NCBI GenBank assembly: GCA_016218155.1
Contig: JACREQ010000111.1
Span: 31,035-95,034 of the forward strand
Origin: Bacteroidia bacterium
GTDB taxonomy: Bacteria > Bacteroidota > Bacteroidia > Bacteroidales > GWA2-32-17
Length of the DNA stretch: 64,000 bases
Reading direction: 5' to 3'
Below, one piece after another: positions 33,791 to 42,830 of the stretch. Below the pieces are notes generated by a model, which did no database searches, was not told the origin of the DNA, and saw only the letters and a program-made list of their open reading frames with translations. A program made the position numbers and the translations under genes. Numbering within the stretch: the stretch's first letter is position 1; each line of letters begins with the position of its first letter.

Positions 33791-36499
33791 ATGAAAAAGC
33801 AATTTTACTCAACTAACAAATTTATTGTCTCAATATTTATGACAATAATTATAATCGTTCCCCTATTTATAAAGGCACAAACAACAACTGTTTTCTCAGA
33901 TAATTTTAATACCTCAATGGGTACTGGCTATACAACCTCACAAGGCACTATTGGTTCAAGTACAAGTTGGTTAATGAAAACAGCTTCCAGTTCATTTGAA
34001 GCAAAAATAGATGGAGGAATTTTAAATTTAAAAACGTCTGGAACAGGTTCTGGTGCAATTTACGCATATACAAACACAAGTTCGTTTTCTGCACCATATA
34101 CTACACAACTTAATTCTAATATTGGTGTTGTAACCTGGACATTTAATATGAGACAAATTAGAACTGATCCAAGCGGAATGTCGTCTGGTTCATACGGAGC
34201 TGCAGTAATATTGGCCTCCTCCACTTCAAATGTTCTTTCATCAACAGGTTCTTCGGGAGGTATAGGTTATGCGGTTTATTTCGGAACAAGTGGTTCTACT
34301 GATCCAATTTATTTAGCCCGATACTCAAATGGCATTCGAAGCGGAACAATTACACCAATAATAACATCTAATACATCAGGTTTAACAGATTTTGGTGCAG
34401 ATTATTTAAGTGTAAAAGTTACTTATAATCCATCTTCAAATAGCTGGGAGCTTTTTCTAAGAAACGATGGTAGTACTGCATTTTCCGATCCTTCTTCAGG
34501 CACATTAATATCTCAGGGAACTGCAACTAATAACACATATACAGGAACTAGCCTGGGTTTTATGGGTGCTGTATGGAACGGAAGTTCAACAGCAAACCAG
34601 ACTGCATTTTTTGACAACTTTAAAGTAACTGTTAAAAAATTAGACCAAACTATTTCCTTTGAAGCATTATCAGATAAAACATATGGTGACCCTGCTTTTA
34701 ACTTAACGGCAACTGGAGGTGCATCCGGAAATCCTGTTACTTTCTCAAGTTCAAATTCTTCAGTTGCAACTTGTAGTGGAACAAATGGTTCAACAGTAAC
34801 AATTGTTGGGGTTGGTTCTACTTCTATTACTGCATCGCAAACCGGAGACGCAAATTATAATGCTGCTTTACCTGTTACACAAAATTTAACTGTAAATTCT
34901 GCTCTTTACACAGTAACTTTTAATGTTACAGATGGAATAAATCCTGTTCCTGGTGCTGTTGTTTCATTTAATAGTCTTACCCAGCTAACAAATAGTATGG
35001 GAACAACTGTTTTTACAAATATAATAACTGGTAACAATCAAGCATATTCCATTTCAAAAAACGGATATAACACAATTAACAGCTCCTTAAATGTAGCATA
35101 TCAGGATATTGTTATTAACAACACTTTTGGAAGCCAAACCGCAACAAATCTTGTTGTTATTGGAACACCAACTGCAAATACTGCAACACTTGGCTGGAGT
35201 GGAAATGGAGCAACAAATTATCAGATATTATATTATATTAACGGTTCTACAAATTATTTTCTACAGTCAACAACAGCAAGTCCGTTCACAATACAGGCAC
35301 TTGAACCTAACACAATATACAATTGCAGAATTAGAAGTCTAATAGGTGGAATATACAGTTCATATTCTCCTATTGTAAGTTTTGTAACATCTAGCGGCAC
35401 CTCAATTCTTGCGACAAATTTAGCAGTTCAAGGAACACCTACAGTCAATTCTGTTACGTTAATCTGGAATGGAAGCGGAGCAACCAATTATCAGATTCAA
35501 TATAATCCTACAGGAACTTCAGAATATCATATTTACACTGCTAGTTCAAGCCCAGTAACAATTACAGGTCTAACACAAAACACTACCTATGACTGCAGAA
35601 TAAGAACTTATTCGGGTGGTATGTACACATCTTATTCTCAAGCGATCTCTTTTACAACACCTAATTACCTTTCTGTAACTGCAACAAATCTAGCAGTTCA
35701 AAGTATTGGTGCAAATTCTGCAACACTAACATGGACAGGATCTGGTGCAACGTATTACCAAATTCAATACTTTATTAATGGCTCTACCGAGTATTTCTTT
35801 CAAAATTCATCAACAGGACCATTTACTTTACAAGCTCTGCAACCAAATACAACCTATAATTGCAGAATTAGAACATATAATGGAGGTTCATTTACTTCAT
35901 ACTCTTCTATAGTAAGTTTTACAACCTCTAACGGAAGTTCTGTTCTTGCTACTAATTTATCAGTTCAGGGAATACCAACTGCAACTACTGCAACGCTTTT
36001 GTGGAATGGAAGTGGAGCTACAAGCTATCAGATTCAGTATTATGTTACAGGTACAACAAACTACAAATTTCAAAGCTCTACTTCAAGTCCTGTTACATTA
36101 ACAGGTTTATTACCTAACACAAATTATGATTGCAGAATAAGAACTTATTCCGGTGGCATTTATACATCATATTCGCCTGTTACTACTTTTACTACTGCTT
36201 CGTTAGCTAAATATATAGCAGAGTTAGAATCAATTTCAAAAGATCCTATTTCAGAAGCTGTGATTTATCCTAATCCCGCTATTGACTTTTATAATTTAGA
36301 TTTCTATTCTGAAACTGAAGGAACAGTTAGTTTATCAATATATAGTATTGATGGCAAACTTTATGAAAGTAGGATAATTGAAACTTCTTTGGGTTTAAAT
36401 CACTTTGAGCTTAAAACTCCTGATATTTCAACGGGAATTTACTATATAATGTTAAATAAAGGTGATTTTACCAGTAAATTAAAACTAATTAAACAATAA
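33791..36499 (+). CDS. T9SS-secreted surface protein (lectin/LamG-like head, Ig-like domain, CarboxypepD-like domain, 4 FN3-like repeats, CTD)
   Basis: 902 aa with a signal peptide. The S/T/G-rich head ends ...TAFFDNFKVTV (concanavalin-like feel). An Ig-like block follows (ISFEALSDKTYGDPAFNLTATGG...ITASQTGDANYNAA). After YTVTFNVTDGINPVPGAVVSF come 4 repeats, ending in the CTD YPNPAIDFYNLDF...GIYYIMLN...KLIKQ. Confidence 0.8.
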   Translation: MKKQFYSTNKFIVSIFMTIIIIVPLFIKAQTTTVFSDNFNTSMGTGYTTSQGTIGSSTSWLMKTASSSFEAKIDGGILNLKTSGTGSGAIYAYTNTSSFSAPYTTQLNSNIGVVTWTFNMRQIRTDPSGMSSGSYGAAVILASSTSNVLSSTGSSGGIGYAVYFGTSGSTDPIYLARYSNGIRSGTITPIITSNTSGLTDFGADYLSVKVTYNPSSNSWELFLRNDGSTAFSDPSSGTLISQGTATNNTYTGTSLGFMGAVWNGSSTANQTAFFDNFKVTVKKLDQTISFEALSDKTYGDPAFNLTATGGASGNPVTFSSSNSSVATCSGTNGSTVTIVGVGSTSITASQTGDANYNAALPVTQNLTVNSALYTVTFNVTDGINPVPGAVVSFNSLTQLTNSMGTTVFTNIITGNNQAYSISKNGYNTINSSLNVAYQDIVINNTFGSQTATNLVVIGTPTANTATLGWSGNGATNYQILYYINGSTNYFLQSTTASPFTIQALEPNTIYNCRIRSLIGGIYSSYSPIVSFVTSSGTSILATNLAVQGTPTVNSVTLIWNGSGATNYQIQYNPTGTSEYHIYTASSSPVTITGLTQNTTYDCRIRTYSGGMYTSYSQAISFTTPNYLSVTATNLAVQSIGANSATLTWTGSGATYYQIQYFINGSTEYFFQNSSTGPFTLQALQPNTTYNCRIRTYNGGSFTSYSSIVSFTTSNGSSVLATNLSVQGIPTATTATLLWNGSGATSYQIQYYVTGTTNYKFQSSTSSPVTLTGLLPNTNYDCRIRTYSGGIYTSYSPVTTFTTASLAKYIAELESISKDPISEAVIYPNPAIDFYNLDFYSETEGTVSLSIYSIDGKLYESRIIETSLGLNHFELKTPDISTGIYYIMLNKGDFTSKLKLIKQ
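35138..36199 (+). repeat. 4 tandem ~89-aa FN3-like repeats (coding)
   Basis: Same unit family as in the two upstream genes. Confidence 0.8.
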
Positions 36500-36517
36500 C
36501 ACTTAATATTTTTAAAT

Positions 36518-36550
36518 AAAAAATGGGGTGCAATTTGCACCCCATTTTTT
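36518..36550. terminator. bidirectional terminator between convergent genes
   Basis: Stem tggggtgca/tgcacccca, flanked by A6 on the left and T6 on the right. Confidence 0.7.
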
Positions 36551-36568
36551 ATTTAAAAAGTAATATTA

Positions 36569-37075
36569 TTATCTCGACTTTATTCTTTTTGCCGGAACCC
36601 CCGCATAAACACCATAAGACTCGCAATCTTTTGTAACTACTGCCCCTGCTGCTATAATACACCCCTCGCTTATTTTAACAGAAGGCATAATAATAGCATT
36701 AGTTCCAATCCATACATCATTTTCAATTATTCCTTGTTTTGTTTCTTTCTGCCCCTGTAATACCATTGGCACATTTTTATTCTCATGATTATGCATTCTT
36801 CCTAAAATTGTAACACCTGGTGCAATCATAACAAAGTTTCCAATTTTTACATTTACCAGACTTACATTCTCATTTATCTGGCAGTTATTACCAACACTTA
36901 CCTCTCTTCCGCTACCAAAATATACTTTTCTTTGAATCTTACACTTTTTGCCTAAAGGAAAAACCAATCGAAGAGTACCAACTCTTATCGAATTAAATAA
37001 TCTGCCACCAGGAATAAAAGAAGACGGTAAATTCTGTGCAAACAAATAATACATAAATAAAGCTATCCGTTTCAT
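36569..37075 (-). CDS. hexapeptide-repeat (LbH) O-acetyltransferase, WcaF/maltose acetyltransferase-like
   Basis: 168 aa. LbH repeats are visible: IGNFVMIAPGVTILG...VWIGTNAIIMPSVKISEGCIIAAGAVVTKD...GVPAKRI. Confidence 0.8.
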   Translation of the reverse strand: MKRIALFMYYLFAQNLPSSFIPGGRLFNSIRVGTLRLVFPLGKKCKIQRKVYFGSGREVSVGNNCQINENVSLVNVKIGNFVMIAPGVTILGRMHNHENKNVPMVLQGQKETKQGIIENDVWIGTNAIIMPSVKISEGCIIAAGAVVTKDCESYGVYAGVPAKRIKSR

Positions 37076-37079
37076 AACA

Positions 37080-37514
37080 TTATGTTTTTATCAGTTGCCC
37101 GTTTTTACCTATGGGCACTTCAGTTTTAATTATTTTTGCAGGATTACCACCGGCAATACAAAAAGAAGGAACATCTTTGGTAACAACTGACCCTGCTGCA
37201 ATAATTACATTATCATTAATTCTGATACCGGCAATAATTATTGAATTTACTCCAATAAAAACATTATTTCCAATAAAAGTATCTTTTCTTACTCCATCTC
37301 CAGAAACATAATCATGAGTTAATATTACCACGCCGGTAGTAACAACGGTATTTGAACCTATATGTATTCCTTTGGGATTAGTTTTATCAAGTCTCGCTTT
37401 AGATGATATAATTGCGGTAGGGCTAATATTCATTTTATATATCTTAGTATATATAAAATACATCAGATGCTTTACAAATATTGCCTTTAATAATGTTCTT
37501 AATTTTGAAATCAT
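37080..37514 (-). CDS. hexapeptide-repeat (LbH) acyltransferase
   Basis: 144 aa. LbH repeats are visible: [17 protein letters not shown]...[36 protein letters not shown]...GGNPAKII. Confidence 0.8.
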   Translation of the reverse strand: MISKLRTLLKAIFVKHLMYFIYTKIYKMNISPTAIISSKARLDKTNPKGIHIGSNTVVTTGVVILTHDYVSGDGVRKDTFIGNNVFIGVNSIIIAGIRINDNVIIAAGSVVTKDVPSFCIAGGNPAKIIKTEVPIGKNGQLIKT

Positions 37515-37516
37515 TC

Positions 37517-38737
37517 CTATTTGTTATTAATTAAATCAACCATAGTTTTAACTCTGTGTTCATAATTATTATTAGATCCTATTACATTTTCAATATAAGT
37601 ATTATATAAGTTAATCTTTTGGGAATAATTATCAGGAAATTTAAGTAAATCATCTAATTGCTCATTGTTATGAATTCTAATTCCACAATCATTAAATAAC
37701 AACAGATTTGTTTCATTAACACCGGGGTAATCAAACACAAATAATGGTTTTCTTAAAATTACTGCACCAAATAATGCGGTGCTATAATGACCCGCAACAA
37801 TTGTAGAATTTCCTATTAATTCAAAAACATCAGATACATCTGAAATAATAATTCCGGGTAAATCAGATAATCCTTCTTTATACCTTTCAATTGACTCGAT
37901 AGGATGAAGTTTTATAACAAATTTTAATCCTCTGCCAATTACTGTTTTTGCAATTTCCTTCAAATAGTTAAATTCTTCATCATAATTTAATGCACCAACT
38001 TTATGAAATACAAAAGGCTGATGAATATATAAAAAAACTTTGTCGTCGGAAGTATTAATCTTTTTTTGAGGTATTGGTTTTTGTGTTACCGGATAACCAG
38101 AAAATGCAACAGAATTCTCATTAAAACTAAAAAAAGGATTTACCTGTTTTAAACTGTTTTTAGAATATAATAAAGCGCAACTAAACTTTGCTCCAGAGTA
38201 ATTCTTTCTTTTCATTGCATTATATAAAATGCCAAATTCTTTTTTTGCTTTTACTCCTTTCAATAAAACAAATTGCAAATATTTAATACTATATTTAAAA
38301 TATCTCTTAATTGTTGCAATTTTATCAGGCGGATCAATAAATGCAGATAACGCACCCTGAGTTGTTAACCCATGTTCGATAAACACAGATGGCACACAAC
38401 AATGTGCAGCAAGTCGTATTATTAATATATCGAACATCGATTTAAAGTTATAAGATACAATTGCTATAGGAGCTACAGATTTTATAAGGAGTACAATTTT
38501 TCTTACATTTAATTTACTTATTTCATAAATTTTGTATTCTGGTTTATAGCCATCATCCTTTGTTAAGTGCGAAGTTAAAGCTGATGTATGTATTACAACA
38601 AAATCATATCCTAACTCTTTAAACTCTTTATAATAAGGCTCTACATAGTTTTTTAACTGAGATGTGTTTCTTGCAAAAAAAACAATAGTTCTATTGTTTA
38701 ATTTACTTTCAGCAATATTGTAAGTTCTTTTATCCAA
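37517..38737 (-). CDS. GT-B-like transferase of uncertain family (TagF/CDP-glycerol glycerophosphotransferase-like or bacterial sialyltransferase-like, has an HP motif)
   Basis: 406 aa. The blocks [10 protein letters not shown] (His-Pro motif) and [25 protein letters not shown] resemble the C-terminal half of TagF-type and capsule/polysialyl-type transferases. I cannot assign a family by eye. Confidence 0.45.
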   Translation of the reverse strand: MDKRTYNIAESKLNNRTIVFFARNTSQLKNYVEPYYKEFKELGYDFVVIHTSALTSHLTKDDGYKPEYKIYEISKLNVRKIVLLIKSVAPIAIVSYNFKSMFDILIIRLAAHCCVPSVFIEHGLTTQGALSAFIDPPDKIATIKRYFKYSIKYLQFVLLKGVKAKKEFGILYNAMKRKNYSGAKFSCALLYSKNSLKQVNPFFSFNENSVAFSGYPVTQKPIPQKKINTSDDKVFLYIHQPFVFHKVGALNYDEEFNYLKEIAKTVIGRGLKFVIKLHPIESIERYKEGLSDLPGIIISDVSDVFELIGNSTIVAGHYSTALFGAVILRKPLFVFDYPGVNETNLLLFNDCGIRIHNNEQLDDLLKFPDNYSQKINLYNTYIENVIGSNNNYEHRVKTMVDLINNK

Positions 38738-38756
38738 AATAATTTAAAATTTCCAA

Positions 38757-39773
38757 TTACCTTAATCGCATTAGATTTAAAATCTTATAGCTTACTGTTC
38801 CCTTTTTTATTTTACTTCTTAATAGAGTTTTAGCAATACTAACAACATTTTTTAAAGGCAAGCCAATTATAATTAACCATATTGAATTTAATACAATTTT
38901 TATTGCATAATTATTCCTGTTCATTTTAAGAAGTTGAACTTTCCATTTTGATCTTCTTAAAATTAATTTTACAAGAAAAGTATCTATCTCTTTATTCTGA
39001 GTTTTACAGAAATAAAAATAATCTTTCAATAATAACGCATCCTCATGAATATAACCAGTTAATTTTAAAGTAAAAGTTTTTTGAACTTCTTCATGTGTTT
39101 TACATATTGTTTGATAATTTCCAATTACCGAATTTGAATGCTGTCGATAATAAATAAGCATATCGGGAATATATTTAATTCCTCCTAAAAGCATGGCTCT
39201 AAAACCTAAAATATTATCTTCGGCAACTGAATTAGCCAGTGGTTCGAACTTTTCAAATACATCTCTATGATAACAGGAAACTGCACCATGAGTATAAAAT
39301 TTACCTTTTAATAAATTTACTATTGATATATTATCCTCATTAATAGCAAAGTCTCCTTCTCTTTTGTTCTGTTCGTTTAAATAATAAAAATTTGAATAAA
39401 TTGCTCTTGCCTTATATCCGCTATTTACATAAGCATTATATATTTTCGACACTCTATCAGGTAAAGAAATATCATCACCGGCTGCACAAACAATTAACTG
39501 ACCATGAGATAAACTAACTAAAAGATCTATATGTGCAGTTATTCCTAAATTTTTTTTGTTTTGGTTAATTATTATTTTATGAGGACCGCTATAGTTATTT
39601 GCTAACTCCTGCATTATCGTAAAACTATTATCTTTAGAACAATCATCTGAAAGTATTATCTCTAAAGAACTATAATTTTGAGCAAATACAGATAAAATTG
39701 CTTCTTTTATGTACTTCTCGTGATTATAAGACCCTATAATAACAGACACCAAAGGTTGTTCATTTAATTCCAT
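38757..39773 (-). CDS. family 2 glycosyltransferase
   Basis: 338 aa. The N-terminus VSVIIGSYNHEKYIKEAILSVFAQNY...EIILSDDCSKDNS is typical of GT2, and an AGDDIS block follows. Confidence 0.85.
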   Translation of the reverse strand: MELNEQPLVSVIIGSYNHEKYIKEAILSVFAQNYSSLEIILSDDCSKDNSFTIMQELANNYSGPHKIIINQNKKNLGITAHIDLLVSLSHGQLIVCAAGDDISLPDRVSKIYNAYVNSGYKARAIYSNFYYLNEQNKREGDFAINEDNISIVNLLKGKFYTHGAVSCYHRDVFEKFEPLANSVAEDNILGFRAMLLGGIKYIPDMLIYYRQHSNSVIGNYQTICKTHEEVQKTFTLKLTGYIHEDALLLKDYFYFCKTQNKEIDTFLVKLILRRSKWKVQLLKMNRNNYAIKIVLNSIWLIIIGLPLKNVVSIAKTLLRSKIKKGTVSYKILNLMRLR

Positions 39774-39776
39774 GAT

Positions 39777-41267
39777 TTATTTTTTAATAACTCTATTCTT
39801 CAACTTAATAAGAATTGTATTTAATCCTATCCTTTTATCTAGTTCTTTATATGAAAACCAAGTTGAAATAAAGAGTAAAATACTTCCTAAATAATATGAA
39901 TAAGGCTTATCTATTAATTTAACAATTAAAAAACATGAAACAGCTAATAAAATATGTATTAAAAATATGCGCATAAATTCTTTAGTAAAAGAAAATTGGA
40001 ATTTTATTTTAATCACTATAAATATTTGAAATAAATGAAGTATAAAACCAAACATAAATGATATTCCCAAACCAGTTAGCCCAAATAGATAATAGCCAAG
40101 AATATTTAAACCTAACAAATAAGAATTTGATAATATCTCATTCCATAAAAGGGTTTTGCTATCTCCTTTAGCAAACAAAACATAACCCATTGACCAGCTT
40201 GCTGCTTTAAATAACATGCCTAATATTGCCCAATGCACCATTTCATTAATTGCAACAAATTTATTAGAGTATAGAATAATTACAACCCATTGTATAAAAA
40301 CAAGAAATAATAAAACAATAGGAGCCAGAATAAGAATTGCAATTTCTGCTTGTTCATTAATTGTTTGTTTACAAAGCACATTACTATGTGCTACTGCAGC
40401 AAGTCTCGGATAATAATCAGTTCCCATTGCAGAAAAAACCATACCTACATAGGTAGCAATAATTGCAAAACCAGCATTATAAAGACCAACCTGTTCAATG
40501 CCACCTGTATTACTTATATAAATTCTTACTAAATAAGATGTACCTAACGTAATTAAACCACTTAGACTTATCATGAAACCCATAATAAGCATCTTTTTAC
40601 CTTCAGCTATTGTAACTGCTTTAGTAACCTTTACAGTTTCAATTTCAATTTTATTAGAGAAAAACCAAGAAAGTAATAAGGCTACTATTGATGATATTAC
40701 TATTGCAGGAACTATAGCTTTTACACCCCAAATGTAATATAGCGGAATTGAAAAAAGCAAACCAAGCAGACTTCCCAACAAATTGGCTTTTGCAAGATAT
40801 TGCAATTTTCGCATACCCTGCAAAACTACTAATTGCCCGGAACTTAACTGATTAAATAACAAAGTAACTGAAATATAAATAAAAGCAAAAGTATAATCTC
40901 TGTTTCCAAAAGTTAACTGGCTAAGCCAGGGCGAAAGTGCAATAGTAACAATAGTGCCTAACAACCCTGTAATCCAAACCCAACGCCTAAGTACTGCAAC
41001 TATTGTTGCAATTCGCAAGTTGTTAGCAGTAGCATTTGCCTCTGCTACACTCTTTACAGCACTTGTACCTATACCAAAATTTGTTAATCCCGAAATAAAT
41101 CCTGTTGTTGATGAAAGTAAACCGGCTATGCCCATACCGGCAGGACCAAGTAAGACTGCAATTATTTTTGAACGAATTATAGAAATAACAATATTAACAA
41201 CTTGCACACCTCCAAAAAGTGATGTTGCTTTTATAATTTGCTTATAAGAACTCTGCGATTCTTGCAT
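39777..41267 (-). CDS. Wzx-type oligosaccharide flippase (MOP superfamily)
   Basis: 496 aa, polytopic, with at least 12 hydrophobic segments. The N-terminus KATSLFGGVQVVNIVISIIRSKIIAVLLGPAGMG is typical of O-antigen translocases. Confidence 0.8.
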   Translation of the reverse strand: MQESQSSYKQIIKATSLFGGVQVVNIVISIIRSKIIAVLLGPAGMGIAGLLSSTTGFISGLTNFGIGTSAVKSVAEANATANNLRIATIVAVLRRWVWITGLLGTIVTIALSPWLSQLTFGNRDYTFAFIYISVTLLFNQLSSGQLVVLQGMRKLQYLAKANLLGSLLGLLFSIPLYYIWGVKAIVPAIVISSIVALLLSWFFSNKIEIETVKVTKAVTIAEGKKMLIMGFMISLSGLITLGTSYLVRIYISNTGGIEQVGLYNAGFAIIATYVGMVFSAMGTDYYPRLAAVAHSNVLCKQTINEQAEIAILILAPIVLLFLVFIQWVVIILYSNKFVAINEMVHWAILGMLFKAASWSMGYVLFAKGDSKTLLWNEILSNSYLLGLNILGYYLFGLTGLGISFMFGFILHLFQIFIVIKIKFQFSFTKEFMRIFLIHILLAVSCFLIVKLIDKPYSYYLGSILLFISTWFSYKELDKRIGLNTILIKLKNRVIKK

Positions 41268-41866
41268 TATAAATTTTTAATTACTTTTGCAGGTACCCCG
41301 CCAATAATTACATTAGCAGGAAATAAACCAGCAACAACTGCACCTGTTGCAATAATTGTATTTTTTCCAATTTCAGAATTTTTAAGTATTGTAACATTGT
41401 TACCTATCCAAACATTTTCACCAATTATTACTTTACCAATTACTCCAAGTTGTCTCCTTTTATCTGGCTCAATACAATGTGCCTCAAAATCCATAATTGT
41501 AACATTTTGACCAATTAATGTATTATCACCAATTTCAATATAATTTGCGGCACTTATACATACATTATTATTTGTTGCAATATTATTTCCAAAAACAATT
41601 TTCGCATTTTTGTATCTAGCTTGTAATTCAATCATTCCATTACGATGAAAACCGCCTAATTTGTAGCCAAATGAAATATTTGTTCCAAAGACAACATAAC
41701 CTACGCCTGTAACCTTTGTTAATTGATTAACTGTTGGATATTTATTAGAAACCTGAATTTTCCCATGAAAAAACTTTGATAAGTTCGGAATTATAAATAA
41801 AAAATATCGCCTAATTATCATTTGCAATAGTCTAATAGTTCTCATAATTTTTTTGAATAAAAACAT
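41267..41866 (-). CDS. hexapeptide-repeat (LbH) acetyltransferase
   Basis: 199 aa. LbH repeats are visible: IEIGDNTLIGQNVTIMD...VIIGENVWIGNNVTILKNSEIGKNTIIATGAVV...GGVPAKVI. Confidence 0.8.
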   Translation of the reverse strand: MFLFKKIMRTIRLLQMIIRRYFLFIIPNLSKFFHGKIQVSNKYPTVNQLTKVTGVGYVVFGTNISFGYKLGGFHRNGMIELQARYKNAKIVFGNNIATNNNVCISAANYIEIGDNTLIGQNVTIMDFEAHCIEPDKRRQLGVIGKVIIGENVWIGNNVTILKNSEIGKNTIIATGAVVAGLFPANVIIGGVPAKVIKNL

Positions 41867-42106
41867 CTACTAAAACTAATTATTTATTTTATTAATTGAG
41901 CATAATTATATTATCACAACTATAATTATTCCTAAAACATCGTATCCATTTGTAACCTAAATTGCAATTAAACTTGATAATATTCATTTAAATAATTTTG
42001 AGTTTTGCAAGTTTTTCTCATGCATAAAACCCACTAGAATCTAGATATCTATAACAACTTTATTTATTTTAGCAGTATTGAACATTTAATTAATAAAATC
42101 TAATTA

Positions 42107-42808
42107 TTAAGATTCTTCTAAATCTGATTTAATAATTAAATGTCTTATTTTGCTAAATTTGATACTATCAATTAATTCAGGTTTTGCAGGATTACCTTTG
42201 TAAACTTTATTTGGCAATGTGTTTTCTAACAATACAGATCCTGCAATTATAAAATTATTTTCTGCAATTTTGATCAAATCTGGAATAGATGCATTTATTC
42301 CTATAAATGAACCTTCGCCTATTTCAGAAAAACCTGCTACAACAACATTTGAAGAAATAAAACAATGATCTTTAATTTTTGCCCTATGCCCTATTGTATT
42401 ATTTGACCATAGAATAACATTATTTCCAATTTCAACATTGTATTGTAAAATATTACCTTCAAATATAAAACAATTCTCTCCAATTTTTACATTATGCCAC
42501 ACAAATGCTTTGGGACTTATATATGTTGCAAAATTATATCCCATCAGTTTAGTTTCAAAATAAAATCGTTTGCGCAACGTATTCAATAATGTTGAAGATA
42601 TAGCTGTAAAAAGGTAAAACTCACTAGGAGGAAAGAGTACTTTTAATTCTTCATATGGTATTACTGTTATTCCGTTTATGGTTTGGTGTTTAATATATCT
42701 TTTTTCAACACAAAATGCAACAACTTCATATTCTCCATTTTCACTGAAATATTCATGAGCTATTTCTGCAAAATCTCCAGCACCAATTATTATTAACTTT
42801 TTTTTCAT
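42107..42808 (-). CDS. NeuD/PglD-family sugar acyltransferase
   Basis: 233 aa. An N-terminal Rossmann-like block KKLIIIGAGDFAEIAHEY is joined to a C-terminal LbH domain (IGENCFIFEGNILQYNVEIGNNVILWSNNTIGH...). Confidence 0.75.
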   Translation of the reverse strand: MKKKLIIIGAGDFAEIAHEYFSENGEYEVVAFCVEKRYIKHQTINGITVIPYEELKVLFPPSEFYLFTAISSTLLNTLRKRFYFETKLMGYNFATYISPKAFVWHNVKIGENCFIFEGNILQYNVEIGNNVILWSNNTIGHRAKIKDHCFISSNVVVAGFSEIGEGSFIGINASIPDLIKIAENNFIIAGSVLLENTLPNKVYKGNPAKPELIDSIKFSKIRHLIIKSDLEES

Positions 42809-42830
42809 TTAATATTTACTGTTTGGATAA

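Noticed and set aside
26092-36199. Periodic DNA repeats (about 228 bp and about 267 bp) considered as a CRISPR array or satellite
   Set aside because: The repeat period is far longer than CRISPR repeats plus spacers. The units are in frame within long ORFs, diverge mostly at synonymous or conservative positions, and encode SprB- and FN3-like domains.
40216-41510. Plus-strand ORFs 40216, 40350, 40954 and 41238
   Set aside because: They are antisense to the Wzx and LbH acetyltransferase genes. Their translations are low-complexity mirrors of TM-segment or hexapeptide-repeat codons.
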